Assembly (NCBI RefSeq): GCF_963921235.1 | Contig: NC_086097.1 | Coordinates: forward strand, 227,294,001-227,358,000 | Length of the DNA stretch: 64,000 nt | Source: Mobula hypostoma | Lineage: Eukaryota | Direction of reading: 5' to 3' | Position numbers and translations under genes: made by a program | Notes under the pieces: model-generated | Database searches by the model: none | What the model was told of the DNA's origin: nothing | The model's input: only the letters and a program-made list of their open reading frames with translations | In this document: one piece after another, positions 37,762 to 51,188 of the stretch | Position numbering within the stretch: position 1 is the first letter of the stretch | Layout of the letters: each line of letters opens with the position of its first letter

Positions 37762-39858
37762 GGGGTTGGGGGTGCTGTGGATAGTGTGGAGGGCTGTCAG
37801 AGGTTTCAGTGGGACATCGATAGCATACAAAACTGGGCTGAGAAGTGGCAGATGGAGTTCAACCCAGATAAGTGTGAGGTGGTTCATTTTGGTAGGTCAA
37901 ATATGGTGGCAGAATATGGTATTAATGGTAAGACTCTTGGCAGTGTGGAGGATCAGAAGGATCTTGGGGTCTGAGTCCATAGGACACTCAAAGTTGTTGC
38001 GCAGATTGACTCTGTGGTTAAGAAGACATATGATGCATTGGTCTTCATCAACCATGGGATTGAACTTAAGAGCTGAGAGGTAATGTTACAGCTATATAGG
38101 ACCCTGGTCAGAACCCACTTGGAGTACTGTGCTCAGTTCTGGTCATATCACTACAGAAAGGATGTGGAAACTATAGAAAGGGTGCAGAGGAGATTTACAA
38201 AGATGTCGCCTGGATTGGGGAGCATGCCTTATGAGAATAGGTTGAGTGAACTCTGCCTTTTCTCCTTGGAGCGGCGGAGGTGACCTGATAGAGGTGTATA
38301 AGGTAATGAGAGGCATTGATCGTGTGGATAGTCAGGGGCTTTTTCCCAGGGCTTAAAAATGGCTAATACGAGAGGGCACAATTTTAAGGTGCTTGGAAGT
38401 AGGTACAGAGGAGATGTCAGGGATAAGTATTTTACACAGAGTGGTGAGTGCATGGAATGGGCTGCCAGCGACAGTGGTGGAGACGGATACGATAGCGGCT
38501 TTTAAGACAGTGGTCCCCAACCACCGGGCCGCGGACTGGTACTGGGCCGCAAAGCATGCACTACCGGGCCGCGAGGAAATGATATGATTTGGTGATATGA
38601 GTCAGCTGCACCTTTCCTCATTCCCTGTCACGCCCACTTGCCCACTGTTGAGCTTGAACACATGCGAGGTCATTACGCACGTGTCATCTGTGTCAGCGCA
38701 GGAAGGAGATCAACTCCTCGAGCTTGCGAATGACGGTGGGCTGGAAAGTATGTTTGACATAACATCTCTGCCGGCATTCTGGATCAAAGTCAAGGCTAAA
38801 TATCCTGAGATAGCCACGAAAGCAATGAAACGTTGCTTCCATTTCCAACATACCTCTGCAATGAATGCAACGAAAACTAAATTGTGGAATAGACTGGACA
38901 TAAGGAACCCCCTTCTAGTATCACTGTCTCCCATCACCCCTCGATGGGACTGTGTTGTTGCAGGAAAACAAGCCCAGGGCTCCCACTGATTCAGCGACAT
39001 TGGTGTGTTGCAATGATTTTATATGTCCATACGGGGAAAATATGTGCTGTGTGTTTAATATCCAACCATTACTTAAAATGTTATGATGCTATTGACTTAT
39101 AAGTGACTTATATAACCATATAACAATTACAGCACGGAAACAGGCCATCTCTCCCCTTCTAGTCCGTGCCAAACCCTACCCTCACCTAGTCCCACTGACC
39201 TGCACTCAGCCCATAACCCTCCATTCCTTTCCTGTCCATATACCTATCCAATTTTTCTTTAAATGATAATATCGAACCTGCCTCTACCACTTCTACTGGA
39301 AGTTCGTTCAACACTTATTTCAAGCTCCCCTGTCCTCCCCTGATAATTGACTTATCACTATATTCATGCGAGGAAAATATGCGCTGTGTGTTTAATATTA
39401 AATTCGTTAGATAAACCCTTTTAGAAACAAAATTGAGTGTATTAGCCACGTATCACCTATATTGTGGTCGTGATTAACCCCCCCCCACTGAACAGAATCG
39501 CCAAAAACGACTTGTAGAAGAAAAATTGGCACGTACACGCATGCGCACACAGGTGCCCGCGCAAGGCTTCATGGTCATAGTATTTGACTGCTACTCTTCT
39601 CTGTTGGCAATCTTACCCCCCCCCACCCCCCGGCAAGTATATTGTTGGCTGGTCCGCAAAACTATTGTCAATATTAAACCGGTCCACAGTGCAAAAAAGG
39701 TTGGGGACCCCTGTTTTAAGAGACTCATGGATAGGTACATGGAGCTTAGAAAAACAGAGGGCTATGTGTAACCTTAGGTAATTTCTAAAGTAAGTGCATG
39801 TTCGGCGCAGCATTGTGGGCCGAAGGGCCTGTATAGTGCTGTAGGTTTTCTATGTTTC
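37762..39858 (+). mobile_element. CR1 LINE 3' portion interrupted by a hAT element
   Basis: WAEKWQMEFNPDKCEVVHFG and LEYCAQFWS; resumes after the TSD with FKRLMDRYMELRK. Confidence 0.9.
38508..39713 (+). mobile_element. Non-autonomous hAT-Charlie element with transposase C-terminal remnant
   Basis: TIR CAGTGGTCCCCAACC / GGTTGGGGACCCCTG and 8-bp TSD TTTTAAGA. ORF 38597-38989 reads LPAFWIKVKAKYPEIA...KTKLWNRLD...KQAQGSH. Confidence 0.92.
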
Positions 39859-40014
39859 TGTGTAAGCTTCCCTCATGTCAGACCTCATGATATTGGTGCC
39901 AGCGATAAGCTTGGTTTCTTTAGTGTGAAGCGGTTGGGAGAGGTAGAGATGAAGAAGAAAAGGAAAGGCATTGAAATAGAAACCAGTGGAAGGAAACAGA
40001 GATTGCAGAGATAG

Positions 40015-41080
40015 ATAAATAGAACATAGAACAGGAAAACACAACACAGAAATAGGCTTTTGGCCCACAATGTCCGTGCTGAGCATGATGCCAAATTAAA
40101 TTTATCCATTCTGTCTGCATGTGAGCCAAATCCCACCATTCCCTGCATACGAATACCACTATAATATCTGCTACCACTACCACCCTGACAGTCATTCCAG
40201 GCACCAACCACCCTTTAAACTTCCCCCCTTACCTTAAAGCTGTCATCTGGAGTATGCAGCATTTGTTTTCTGGATAAAAGAATCTGGCTGTTTGTTCTAT
40301 CTATGCTGCTCATAATCTTACAGACCTCTAGCATGACGTCCCCCAGCCTACAATGCTCCAGATAAAGCAATCTCCAGTTTGTCTAATCCCTTCTTATAGC
40401 TAATAAGTGTGGGCGTGTGGCCAAGTGGTTAAGGCGTCGGTCTAGTGATCTGAAGGTTGCTAGTTTGATCTTCAGATGAGGCAGCGTGTTATGTCCTTGA
40501 GCAAGGCACTTAACCACACATTGCTCTGTGATGACACCGGTGCTAAGCTGTATGGGTCCTACTGGCCTTCCCTTGGACAACATCGGTGGCGTGGAGAAGG
40601 GAGACTTGCAGCATGGCAACTGCTGGTCTTCCATACAACCTTGCCCAGGCTTCAGTCAACATCGAAATCGATGGACAGCTGAAGAAGAAGATAACTAATA
40701 GCCTGTAGTTCAGGCAGGATCTGGGTAAACCCCTTCTAAATCATCTCTAAAACTTTCTCATCCTTTTTGTAATGGGGCAACCAGGACTGCACCTAACCAT
40801 GGTTTTATACAACTACAACTTAACTTTCCTGGTGCTTATATTCGGTGCTCCTAGTGACGAATGTAAACATACCATATGCCTTCTTTGCCACAGTATCTAT
40901 TGGCATTGCCATTTTAATGGAGGTATGCACTTGGACCCTAAAATCCCTCTGTACTTCAGTGTTGTTAAGGGCCCTACCATAAACTGTATGCTTTCCCCTT
41001 ACCTTTGCCCTCCCAAAATACAACACCTTATACTTGGGCAGATTAAACTCAATTTGTCATTCCTCTGCTCATAACTATAA
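40015..41080 (-). mobile_element. Degraded CR1 3' fragment containing a SINE
   Basis: MLYFGRAK...EVQRDFRVQVH...KKAYGMFTF. Confidence 0.7.
40407..40690 (+). mobile_element. tRNA/CORE-like SINE with an alternative (GAA)n-ending tail
   Basis: Body matches the 11217 copy up to CCTTGCCCAGGC; TSD ATA(G/A)CTAATA. Confidence 0.85.
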
Positions 41081-41742
41081 ACTGATTAATATCCATACAT
41101 TCAATGGAATAACTAGAAAGCAATGGAGAGTGTAATTGGTAATGAGCAGCAGGGGGGTGTAAATGATTGGTGGACTTCTAGGATACTGGTTTCTTCAAAT
41201 GTGTGGGATCACATTGCTCGCTTCTGGAAATCAAGTATTGTTTCATGTTTTATGTAAATCCAAACCCTAAATGTAACTCATGCTGCATACTCATAGAGGG
41301 ATCAGAAATGGAAAGAGTGAGCAATTACAAGTTTGTGGATGTCAGTATCCTTGAGGACCTAATCTGTACACAACATATTGATGCAGCTGTAAAGAAGGCA
41401 AGACAGTGGCTATATTTCATTAGGAGTTTGAGGAGATTTGGTTTGTCAACTGAAACACTCAAAACTTCTACAAATGTACCGTGGAGAGCATTCTGACTGG
41501 CTGCATCATTGTCTGGTATGGGCGATGGGGCAGAGTGTGGCTACTGCACAAGCTCGAAATAAGTTACAGAAACTTGTAAAATTAGTCAGCTCCATAATGA
41601 GTACTAACCTCCATAGTATCCAAGACATTGTCAAGATCTTAGGAAGGTGGCATCCATCATTAAGGATCTCCACCACCTAGGACATGCCCTCTTCTCATTC
41701 TTTCTGTTGGGAAGGAAGTACAGAAGCTCGAAGGCACACACC

Positions 41743-42755
41743 TGAAATGAAATGGAATATCTTTATTGTCATTGTATAGTACAATTTGTTATGCACCAAT
41801 ACAGCGAAAATGAGTTTGCAACTCTCGTACTCAATGCTATAAAACAACAAATAAACTAAATGAACAGTAAATAAAATCAAGTAACCAGCCAGTACAAGCA
41901 ATGTCCAGCAGTACAGAAGTGCAACTCAGATGCATGACAGCCATAAAACCAGTATTAAAGTAGCAATATAACACATTTATGGATGATGCTTGTTCGATTG
42001 GTTCAGAGCAATTATAGCTCTGGGGAAAAAGCTATTTTTCAGTTTGGAGGTGCGGGCATAGAAAATCTTATAATGTCTGCCAGATGGAAGAAGGTCAAAC
42101 AGATGATTGCATGGGTGTGTATTGTCCTTACAGATGCTTGTAGCTTTCCTTAGGCAGCGAGAGCTGTAGGTATCCTCCAGGGCTGGGAGCTGTGTCCCAA
42201 TGATCTGTGCGCTAGAGATGACCCGCTGAAGTGCTTTCCTATCAGCTGCTGTACAACTCAGATACCACACAGTGATGCAGTATGTTAAGATGCTCTCTAT
42301 GGTGCAGCGGTAAAAGGTCACCAGCATCTGTTCAGATAGACCAGCTTTCTTCAGCGCCCTGAGGAAAAACAAACATTGCAGTGCTTTCTTAACTATTGTA
42401 GTGGTGTTACTGGACCATGTAAGGTCTTCTGAGATATATATTCCCAGAAACCTGAAACTGGACACTCTCTCCACTATGTCCCTGTTAATGTAGACTGGAG
42501 CGTACTCGTCATCCTGTGACTTTCCAAAATTGATAATTAGCTCCTTAGTCTTTGCTGTATTAAGAGACAGGTTGTTCTCTGAGCACTAGCTCACTAAGTT
42601 CTGTACCTCCACTCTGTACGCTGATTCGTCTCTGTTGGAGATCAACCCGATCACTGTTGTGTCATCTGTGAATTTGACAATGGTATTGGTGTTAAATGCA
42701 GGTACACAGTCGTAAGTGAAGAGGGAGTAGAGTATGGGACTCAATACACAACCTT
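41743..42755 (-). mobile_element. Rex-Babar LINE 3' fragment (younger)
   Basis: GCVLSPILYSLFTYDC...KFTDDTTVIGLI, ORF 41977-42474, and an (ATTTC)n tail. Confidence 0.9.
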
Positions 42756-42796
42756 AGTAATAACTTAGTTATTTAGGAACAGCTTCTTCCATTCTG

Positions 42797-43262
42797 AGGC
42801 GGGTTGTCATGCTCAGAGTACTGAAATGTTACATTTATCCAGTTACGTTATATGGATCAGAATGTTGGACAATATCTAGTAACATGAGGAAACGAATTGA
42901 AGCAGCAGAGATGTGGTGTTTGAGGAGGATGCAAAGAATATGGACGAAATGAATATCTAACAAGGATGTCATGAACAGAGCAAGCACAAAAAGAGAAATA
43001 ATGTATGAGATCATGAAAAGGCAATGTAACTTCATTGGACATGTGATTAGGAAAGAGGAGTTGGAATGCATGGTAATTATGGGAAAGATTGAAACGAAGA
43101 AAGCAAAAGGACGGCAAAGACAAATGATGATGGAGACAGCAGCCAGAGAACTGGAAATGAATACCAATGAATTGATCCCCTTGACCCGAAACAGGAGTCT
43201 GTGTGTGGGCCATGGCAGTCAAAGCTGAAACTGGGCATGGCACCTGATGATGATGATGATGA
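42797..43262 (+). mobile_element. RTE LINE 3' fragment
   Basis: LYGSECWTIS...IEAAEMWCLRRM...FIGHVIRKE, (TGA)n tail, and TSD TTCTTCC(A/C)TTCTG. Confidence 0.85.
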
Positions 43263-44896
43263 TTCTTCCCTTCTGCCATTAGATTTCTAACTGAAAATTG
43301 AACCCATGAACACTACCTCACTAATTTTTTATTTTTGTTTTTTTTTGCACAACTTATTTCAACTTAACTATTTAATGGACATTTATATACTTAATGTAAC
43401 AGTTTTTTTCTCTATATTTATTTATCATCTATCTCATTGTACTACTGCCATAAAGTTAACAAATTTCATGTCAATGCCAGTGGTATTAAATCTGATTCTG
43501 ATTCTGCTATCACCAACTATCTCAGGTCAAACCAATTCGAGCCTTTACTTAAATATGCAAACAGGCCATCTCAGGTCTGGGATTGTTTAATATTTTTTTT
43601 TCTGTTGATTAACTGAATTTATTGTCCTGTATACCTGAACTGCTAACTTGTGTTCTGTAAACTCAGATTCCTCATACTGTCATCAATAAATGAGCAACAA
43701 ATATTTGCACTCTTAAGTATTTAGTAATCAAACTCACCTGAGTGATTTCCTAAGGCAGAGCTGAAATGTTTCTGTACTGCAGACACATATTAATCATGAG
43801 CGCTGTATAATTTTACATTACATTTTTTTCCACAACAAAATTATGTGAATCTTCTGGGTATGCTTGGCTTGATTTTATTGTGCTTAATAATTCATGTTAA
43901 TTTCCATTTACTAACACATATTAAATAATGTTTCCTTGTATATTTGACAATGATTTTTATTTCAGTCTGTGAGCTGAAATAATGGTGCAAAAAACGAAAA
44001 GGGTCTTCACAAGATGATACACTATGTCTTCATTCAAAAATACATCTGAGACATGATTTTTTTAATTGTCCAATTAAAAGAACTATAATATGATGCTTGA
44101 ATCTTACATCTTAATGTTACCAAGTTTAGCCAAGTTATTCTGATGTTTGTTTTCTCTGTGACCAGAAATATAGCGCCATCTATTGCTTTATTATCATTAC
44201 AAGGTGCATGCAGCATTTTCCTCTTGCCCTCCAATTGAATATTTTCTTTCCTTCCTCTGAAAGTTTTGCATCATATATACTGAAATATAACTGGCAATTA
44301 GAACAGTTGGCTGTTGATGCAACTTATTAATATTATCTCACAATCAGACGTTATGATTTGCAGAGGTGATTTGTAGGTCAACCATTATCTGTTGTCAAGA
44401 TAATCCAGATTACTTCTAAAATACAAACAAATGTTCCAATATTACAATTTGTTCAACAATAGCACCTATACATTAACAGCATTTACAAGAAAACATGTAA
44501 GCTAATTGGCAGATGTGAACCCAGTTGCTGCACACAGCTTCTTTGAGCAAATCCAGAGATCCTTTCTGCCTACTGTCCAAGACTCTTGTTAGAAGTGTCT
44601 GTGTGAGGTTAGACTCGTTGCCCTTAATTAAGACCTAAAATCTCTTGTCAAGATGTGTCACAATTCCTGCTTATTGTAACAAACAGCAAAACACCAATGA
44701 AATTGGGCTTGGAAAACTAATGTTTTCATATAAGAAAAGAAAAAGGCAACTGTAGATGAGGGAGAAATCAGACATGCATTTAATTCATTTGTTTGCGGTA
44801 TCAAATATTAAAATGTTGAAGTGTTAAAAGTAATTGTCCAGAAGTGTGCATGTTATGAGCATTTTGATATTAAAAGTTATTACTGTCTAATTATAG

Positions 44897-45086
44897 TGCA
44901 AGAGCTTGCAAATCGAGAAGAGAAATTAATTTTACTGGAGTCAAACCTACAAGCTACAGAGAAGCAGCTAAATAACCAAACATCTGAGGTAGTCCATCAA
45001 GAGCAAAAACAACAAACATTGCACATGCAAATAAGAACACTGAAAAAACAGCTTGAAACTACAGAGGAAGAGATGAATAAATACAA
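44897..45086 (+). CDS. Internal exon of the coiled-coil gene, phase 1-2
   Basis: ttatag|TG CAA...TAC AA|gtaaga, 190 nt, (V)QELANREEKLILLESNLQATEKQL...EEEMNKY; phase matches the 16155 donor. Confidence 0.92.
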
Positions 45087-45146
45087 GTAAGATATTGTTT
45101 CTTTAAAAGTTTCCTTTCTGTTTGATGTTTTTATTATTGTGTTCCT

Positions 45147-45620
45147 TGTGTTGCTGTTGTGTGCTGGGGCAGCAGGCTGAGGGTAGCAGACACCAACAGA
45201 ATCAACAAGCTCATTCGTAAGGCCAGTGATGTTGTGGGGATGGAACTGGACTCTCTCACGGTGGTGTCTGAAAAGAGGATGCTGTCCGAGTTGCATGCCA
45301 TCTTGTACAATGTCTCCCATCCACTACATAATGTACTGGGTGGGCACAGGAGTACATTCAGCCAGAGACTCATTCCACTGAGATGCAACACCGAGCGTCA
45401 TAGGAAGTCATTCCTGCCTGTGGCCATCAAACTTTACAACTCCTCCCTTGGAGGGTCAGACACCCTGAGCCAATAGGCTGGTCCTGGACTTATTTCATAA
45501 TTTACTGGCATAATTTACATATTAATATTTAACTATTTATAGTTCTATCTATTATTAATGGTGCAACTGTAACAAAAACCAATTTCCCCCGGGATCAATC
45601 AAGTATGACTATGACTATAG
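45147..45620 (+). mobile_element. Rex-Babar LINE 3' end
   Basis: CWGSRLRVADTNRINKLIRKA...HPLH...TERHRKSFLPVAIKLYN and an (ATGACT)n tail. Confidence 0.85.
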
Positions 45621-45729
45621 ATCAAATTTATATCATTTCTTAAATCATTGCACAAACTAAAATCATTTATTTTCTTAGTTGTCCAAATAAATCTGCTTTA
45701 CCCATATCAACTCTCACAGCTAACTCAGT

Positions 45730-46500
45730 TTCAGGACTGAGAACGTTGAGGGAAAATAGCTAATATACAGAAGTGAGAAGGAGGGATGAGACAGAGGATG
45801 GTAGATGATAGGTGAAATCAGTTGAGAAGAGATGATGGGTCAGTGGAAGAGATGGTGGTATTGAAGCAGAGGCTGGCAGGTGAAAGGTGCCAACATAAGA
45901 AAACATCAGGAAGATAGAGTCGGATACGGGAGGATAGGGAGATGGGTAGAGACAGAGATTGGTAGGTGATATGTGGAATCAGATAAGGGAGAGATAATGG
46001 GAAGATGGCAGATGTGAGACTCGATGTAGATTGGGAAACTGCTTCGCTGAGCATCTGCGCTCCATCCGCCAGAACAAGTGGGATCTCCCAGTGGCCACCT
46101 ATTTTAATTCCACTTCCCATTCCCATTCCGTTATGTCCGCCCATGGCCTCCTCCACTGTCGTGATAAGGCCACAGTTAGGTTGAAGGAACAACACCTTAT
46201 ATCCCATTTGGGTAGCCTCCAACATGATGGCATGAACATCGATTTCTCAAACTTTTTCCTTCCTCATGTTATTTCCTTGCCCTCCCATCGCCTCCCTCTG
46301 GTGCTCCTCTCCGGCCCCCCCCCCTTTTATTCTTTCTTCTATGGCCTTTTGTCTCTTTCACCAATCAACTTTCCTCCCCCTCCAAGTTTCACCTATCATC
46401 TGGTGTTTCTCTCTCTCCCTCCCCACCTTTCAAATCTACTCCTTAGCTTTTATTCTCTAGTCCTGTTTAAGGGTTTCGGCCCAAATCGCCGACTGTACCA
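45730..46500 (+). mobile_element. Penelope-like element: GIY-YIG C-terminus and UTR, with an inverted UTR-like segment upstream
   Basis: 46015-46255 reads ETRCRLGNCFAEHLRSI...LPVATYFNSTSHS...LKEQHLISHLGSLQHDGMNIDFSNF; decayed hammerhead-like motif at about 46458-46496. Confidence 0.82.
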
Positions 46501-47979
46501 AAAATAATGTTTTGGCTTCCCTTGCAAATAACAGGAAAGCTTTGTAGAGGACTCTGATCCTTTCAGGAGTGGATCAATGGAAATGACCTATAACTTACTT
46601 TAAAATGGTTTGATGTAGTTCTTCTTAACTGAGAAAGACTTTGATTTATGCAAGATTTTCAGGTGAATATGGTCAAGACAACTAAAAGAATCTCTGACCT
46701 GTTTTGATATGATTTAGCAGGGGATCTGCCAAGTGTCAGTCAGAGAGCAACAGTAGGCATATGGGAGATGTTAGAGGAAATTTTGTATCAATGATGGAGC
46801 TGGTCCATGAAAATTTTGAGCTTAAGGTTTAACATTGCATTGTCCGACAATGAATCAATGTTGATTCACAAACATTAGAATGAGGAATGAACTGTAATTA
46901 GCTGGACCACAGAATAGAGTAATAAATTTTCTACTAGCAGGATTCTGGGGAAGGTAGAGAAATGATGATTCAGGGCGATATTAAGTGGGCTTATGGGCTC
47001 ATCTCACCTTTACAATCTTTGACCTTGGATTGGGGCTCCCATCTGTAACTGGCTTCCAGACTTATTGACCAACAAATTTCGGTTAGTTTGACATTCAATT
47101 CACCCTGATTCTGAAAACTGGTACTCCCAGAACATAAAAGATCTGACATACTCTGACATTGAACTCTTCAAGGAGTGATATAACTCCTGCTCCAGGTAGC
47201 TTCTCAGCAGTGACAGTGAAGAATCAACCTATTCAACTTACAACAGATCTAACCTTGCTCTTATCCTATCCCATCAAATATTTGTACTATCCAACTCTCC
47301 CCATCCTCTCTGCAACTTAAAACTAACTTGTTTTCCTCTTTATCATTTCTGAAGAAGACTCTTTGATCTGAGACTCTTGTTTCTCTTTCCTCAGTGTTTC
47401 CTGACCTACTGAGGGGTTACAGCATTTTCTATTTTATTTCAACTTTCCAGCATCCTCAGTCATTTTGATTTTCTAATCTGATGCAAGTTCAGTCACTCCC
47501 TTATTTCATGGGAGGGAAATTGTTTCCAGTATTTTCTATTTTGTAACTTAATTTTAATCTTTATAAGGATAACTTGGTATTGTTGAATATTTAAGATTGT
47601 TATGGATTTAGAGGCTAGATAGATCTGACTCTGTCAATGGCTTAGCCAGATCAGTAGTGACCAGACAAGCTTCATGGACATAATTCGTGTTGGAAGGATC
47701 ATTCCTGGACAGTGCAGAACAAGCTGTAGTTAACCACATTCATTGGGAGTTACTTCTTGGCTAGGGCCCAGTTCTTTAGCACGCTGCCACTGTGTAAAGA
47801 GAAACAAAACTATTACAGATATGTGCAGTAAAAAACAGAGTAAATGTAATCTCCCATGTTGACCTTTTCCCCTGTTAGTGGTTATCACCCTTATCCTTGC
47901 AAATCAAGAAATGAAAGTATTTCATAATCTCCAAAAAAATCTTGACAGATAAAATCAGAGTACGTGCAAACAAATAAAT

Positions 47980-48800
47980 CATAGACCATAGAACAATACT
48001 GCATAGAAACAGACAATTCAACCCATAATGTTGTACCAGACCAATTAAATTAGAAATCTAATGGTCAACTAAGCTAATCTCTTCTGCCTGCATGATGTCC
48101 ATATTCTTCCATTTCCTGTGCATTCATGGTGCTTATCTAAACAACTCTTAGAAGTGTATTTGCCTTTACCACCACCACAGGCAGCACATTCCAGGCACCC
48201 ACTAGTCTCTGTGTAAAACAAAATTTTCCCTCACGTCTCCTTTGAAATTAGCCCCTCTCACCTCATATGTATTAGACATTTGATCCATGGGAAAATTACT
48301 GTCTGTGTACTCTATCTATGTCTCTCATAATCTTATAAACCTCTATCAGATCTCTTCTCAGCCTCCACCACTCTAGAGAAAGCAACCCAGATTTGTCCAA
48401 CTTCTCGTTTAGCATATGCCCTCTAATCCAAACAGCATCCTGGTAAGCCTCTTCTGAACCCTCTCCAAAGCCTCAACATCCTTCCTATAATGGGGTGATC
48501 AGAACAGCATGGAATACTCCAGATCCTTTCTAAATAGAGTTTTATAATGCTGCAACATAACTTTCTGGCTTTTAAACTCAACTAATAAAGGCAAGCATGT
48601 CATATGCCTTCCTAACCACCCCATCAACCTGTGTAGCCACTTTCAGGAAGCTATGAACTTGGACCTCGAGGGCCCTCTGCTCATCAACACAGTTAAGGAG
48701 CTTGCCTTTAACAGTGTATTGCCTCTTTACATTTGACCTGCCAAGGTGCAACACTTCACACTGGGCTGGGTTAAACTCCATCTGCCATTTCTCCACCCGT
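47980..48800 (-). mobile_element. CR1 3' fragment
   Basis: EKWQMEFNPAQCEVLHLGRSN...KAYDMLAFIS. Confidence 0.85.
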
Positions 48801-49122
48801 ACTGTATCTGCAACTGATGTATGCTCTGCTGTATCCTTTACCAGTATTTTATGTTATCTCAATGTTTAATAATGCCTCCAGTACAACATGGAAAATGCAT
48901 AGCTCTGCCTTTGCCTTGGATCCCTCAAGCAGAGGAAAGGGCAGGATTAGGCACAGCCAGTGGCAGAGAGAGGTGATGTTACCAGGCATGGCGAAGAGAA
49001 GCCTTATCCAGCACCATCACTGAGATTCACCAGAGGTACCTGCTCCAATGGGTTCTGCATCTCACCAGAGAACTTTAAAAAATGGAACCTGAGGGGACTA
49101 CGCATTCAATACCAGCCCTCTA

Positions 49123-49683
49123 CACACAGTAACCACTTTAGTAGGTACGTCCTATACTTAATAAAGTGGCCAATGATCTTCTGCTGCTGTAGCCCATCCA
49201 CTTCAAGGTTTGATGTGTTGTGTTTTCAGCAATTCCCTTCTGCACACCACTGTTGTAACGCATGGCTATTTGAGTTACTATTGCCATCCTGTCCCCTTGA
49301 ACCAGTCTGACCATTCTCCTCTGGCCTCTCTCATTAACAAGATGTTTTCAGCCATAGAACTGCCACTCACTGGATGTTTATTTTTTTTTTAATTTTTCAC
49401 ACCATTCTCTGTAAACTCTTGAGACTGTTGTGCATGAAAATCCCAAGAGATCAGCAGTTTCTGAGTTACTCAAACCACCCCATCTGCCACCAACAACTAT
49501 TCCATGGTCAAAGTCACTTAGATCATATTTCTTCCCCATTCTGATGTCTGGTCTGAACAACATCTGAACCATGACCATGTTGCATGTTTTTATGCATTGA
49601 GCTGCTGCCACGTGATTGGCTGATTAAATATTTGCATTAATGAGCAGGTGTACAAGTGTACCTAATAAAGTGGCCACTGTGTG
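49123..49683 (-). mobile_element. Non-autonomous Tc1 element
   Basis: TA flanks; TIR CACACAGTGGCCACTTTATTAGGTAC; HTH remnant MGKKYDLSDFDHGIVVGGRWGGLSNSETADLLGFSCTTVSRVYREW. Confidence 0.9.
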
Positions 49684-49994
49684 TATGTGTATGTTCCTTT
49701 GGCGCGCGCTGAATGTAACAGGTCCCTGAGTTCTTTCAACCCAGTGGGCTTCAGCTTCATATGCTGCTGAAAGCTTTCAAACTGGATGCAACATTGAAGC
49801 GTTTCCACTGATGGAGATAGCAGTATTTTGCCCCAGTGCGCTCTCAAAGAAGAAATGCTAAACGTGCAACTTCCTAAAGTATTCTCTGCATCTGGAAGCT
49901 AATACAGGCTAATGCTTCAATGTCAATGAGCAGATATGTTGTACTGCATCAAATACCCCTGTGTTTATGGTGACAATCCGTACAAATAGAAGAT

Positions 49995-50292
49995 TATTTA
50001 TTTCTTATTTAGAGATACAGCACGGAACAGGCCCCGCCAGCCCAGTAAGTTACACCGCCCAACAATCTAGCTATTCAACCCTAGCCTAATCACAGGATAA
50101 TTTACAATGACAAATTAATCTACTAACCAGTACATCTTTGGACTGTGAGATGAAACTGGGAGCACCCGGAGGCAACCCACACACACACGGAAAGAATGAA
50201 CAAGTTTTCTTACAGAGGATGCCGATATTGAACTCTGAACTCTGACACCCCGAGCTGTAATAGCGTCGTGGTAGCGCGACGCTACTGTGCTG
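49995..50292 (-). mobile_element. V-SINE (HE1-like)
   Basis: Minus strand GGGTTGCCTCCGGGTGCTCCCAGTTTCATCTCACAGTCCAAAGATGT with a tRNA head. Confidence 0.8.
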
Positions 50293-50640
50293 CTCTCATT
50301 ATCATTTTGTTGTTAAGAATCTTTATGGCTTTCAGTCAAATAGATTCATTAAAGGTGTATTCAAGCATGCACAGTGATTGATATGTCAACATTTGTAAAT
50401 TCCATACTGTAATATAACTGCCTATACAATTACCATAAAAATGCTTCTGTGATTACTTGAATTTCAGTTATTCTCAGCATTCTCTTAAGCCGTTTAGCCA
50501 TGCAATAGACCTGCTAGAGCTACACGTATTGCAATCAACTGCTGGAACTCTTTGTGTTGTTTAAAGTCTTTAGATGTCTATGTCAGTTTTTGCAGTACTA
50601 GCAGCACATCTCTAAACTTGAGCAAATGAGTGCAAACACT

Positions 50641-51188
50641 TGTAGTGCTCAGGTTCGATTGGCGGCGTTAGTGTAGGGGAAGACACTCTCTGGCCCGCCA
50701 AACATGTGAAATCTCATTTGTGTGGATGCTGTGTGATGTTTTCCCCAATTACAAATCAGTACCACGAAATAACAAACAGTATACCATATTCAATTAAACA
50801 ATTTAGCTTTATAATTCTTAATTTGACGAGAAGGTTAGTAATGAAAACTTTTGTAAAAGAAAAGGGCCCATTTTAATGAAACAATCTAATGGGCACATTG
50901 GAGCTCACGATTTTCCTGTCCAGTCTCCATTGATTTCCCCCGGGTGTCATTGACTCCCGACCCTGTTCCAAGTCCACTTAGTCCTGGAGTCTACGACCTC
51001 TCCATTCTGGCATCTTCTCTCTCCATCTTCTGCTGAACCAAAGCCTGCCAATACCTCGCTCTTGGGCACACAAGAAAAAACAACACCCCTCTCGTTCCAA
51101 AACCCCCGGTATCTGGAGCCATAACCCAAACACTGCCTCTACAGAGGAACCATTACATTAGCAGTGAAACCTTTCCCAGGGCGTTACA
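50641..51188. mobile_element. Solo LTR (548 bp, separate family)
   Basis: TGTAGTGC...GCGTTACA termini and perfect 4-bp TSD CACT. Confidence 0.8.

Larger units (their letters stand above)
41280..43510 (+). mobile_element. Rex-Babar LINE 3' part split by two later insertions
   Basis: MERVSNYKFV...KKARQWLYFIRSLRRFG...GRKYRSSKAHT, resuming as FRNSFF at about 42775 and FFPSAIRFL at 43263. Confidence 0.75.

Noticed and set aside
38597..38989. ZBED5/SCAND3-like ORF as a domesticated gene
   Set aside because: It lies within TIRs and a TSD, is truncated and has a frame-disturbed middle.
48900..49860. Coding-looking unique sequence flanking the Tc1 element
   Set aside because: No recognisable product or phase-compatible splice sites; the neighbouring exons already join in frame.
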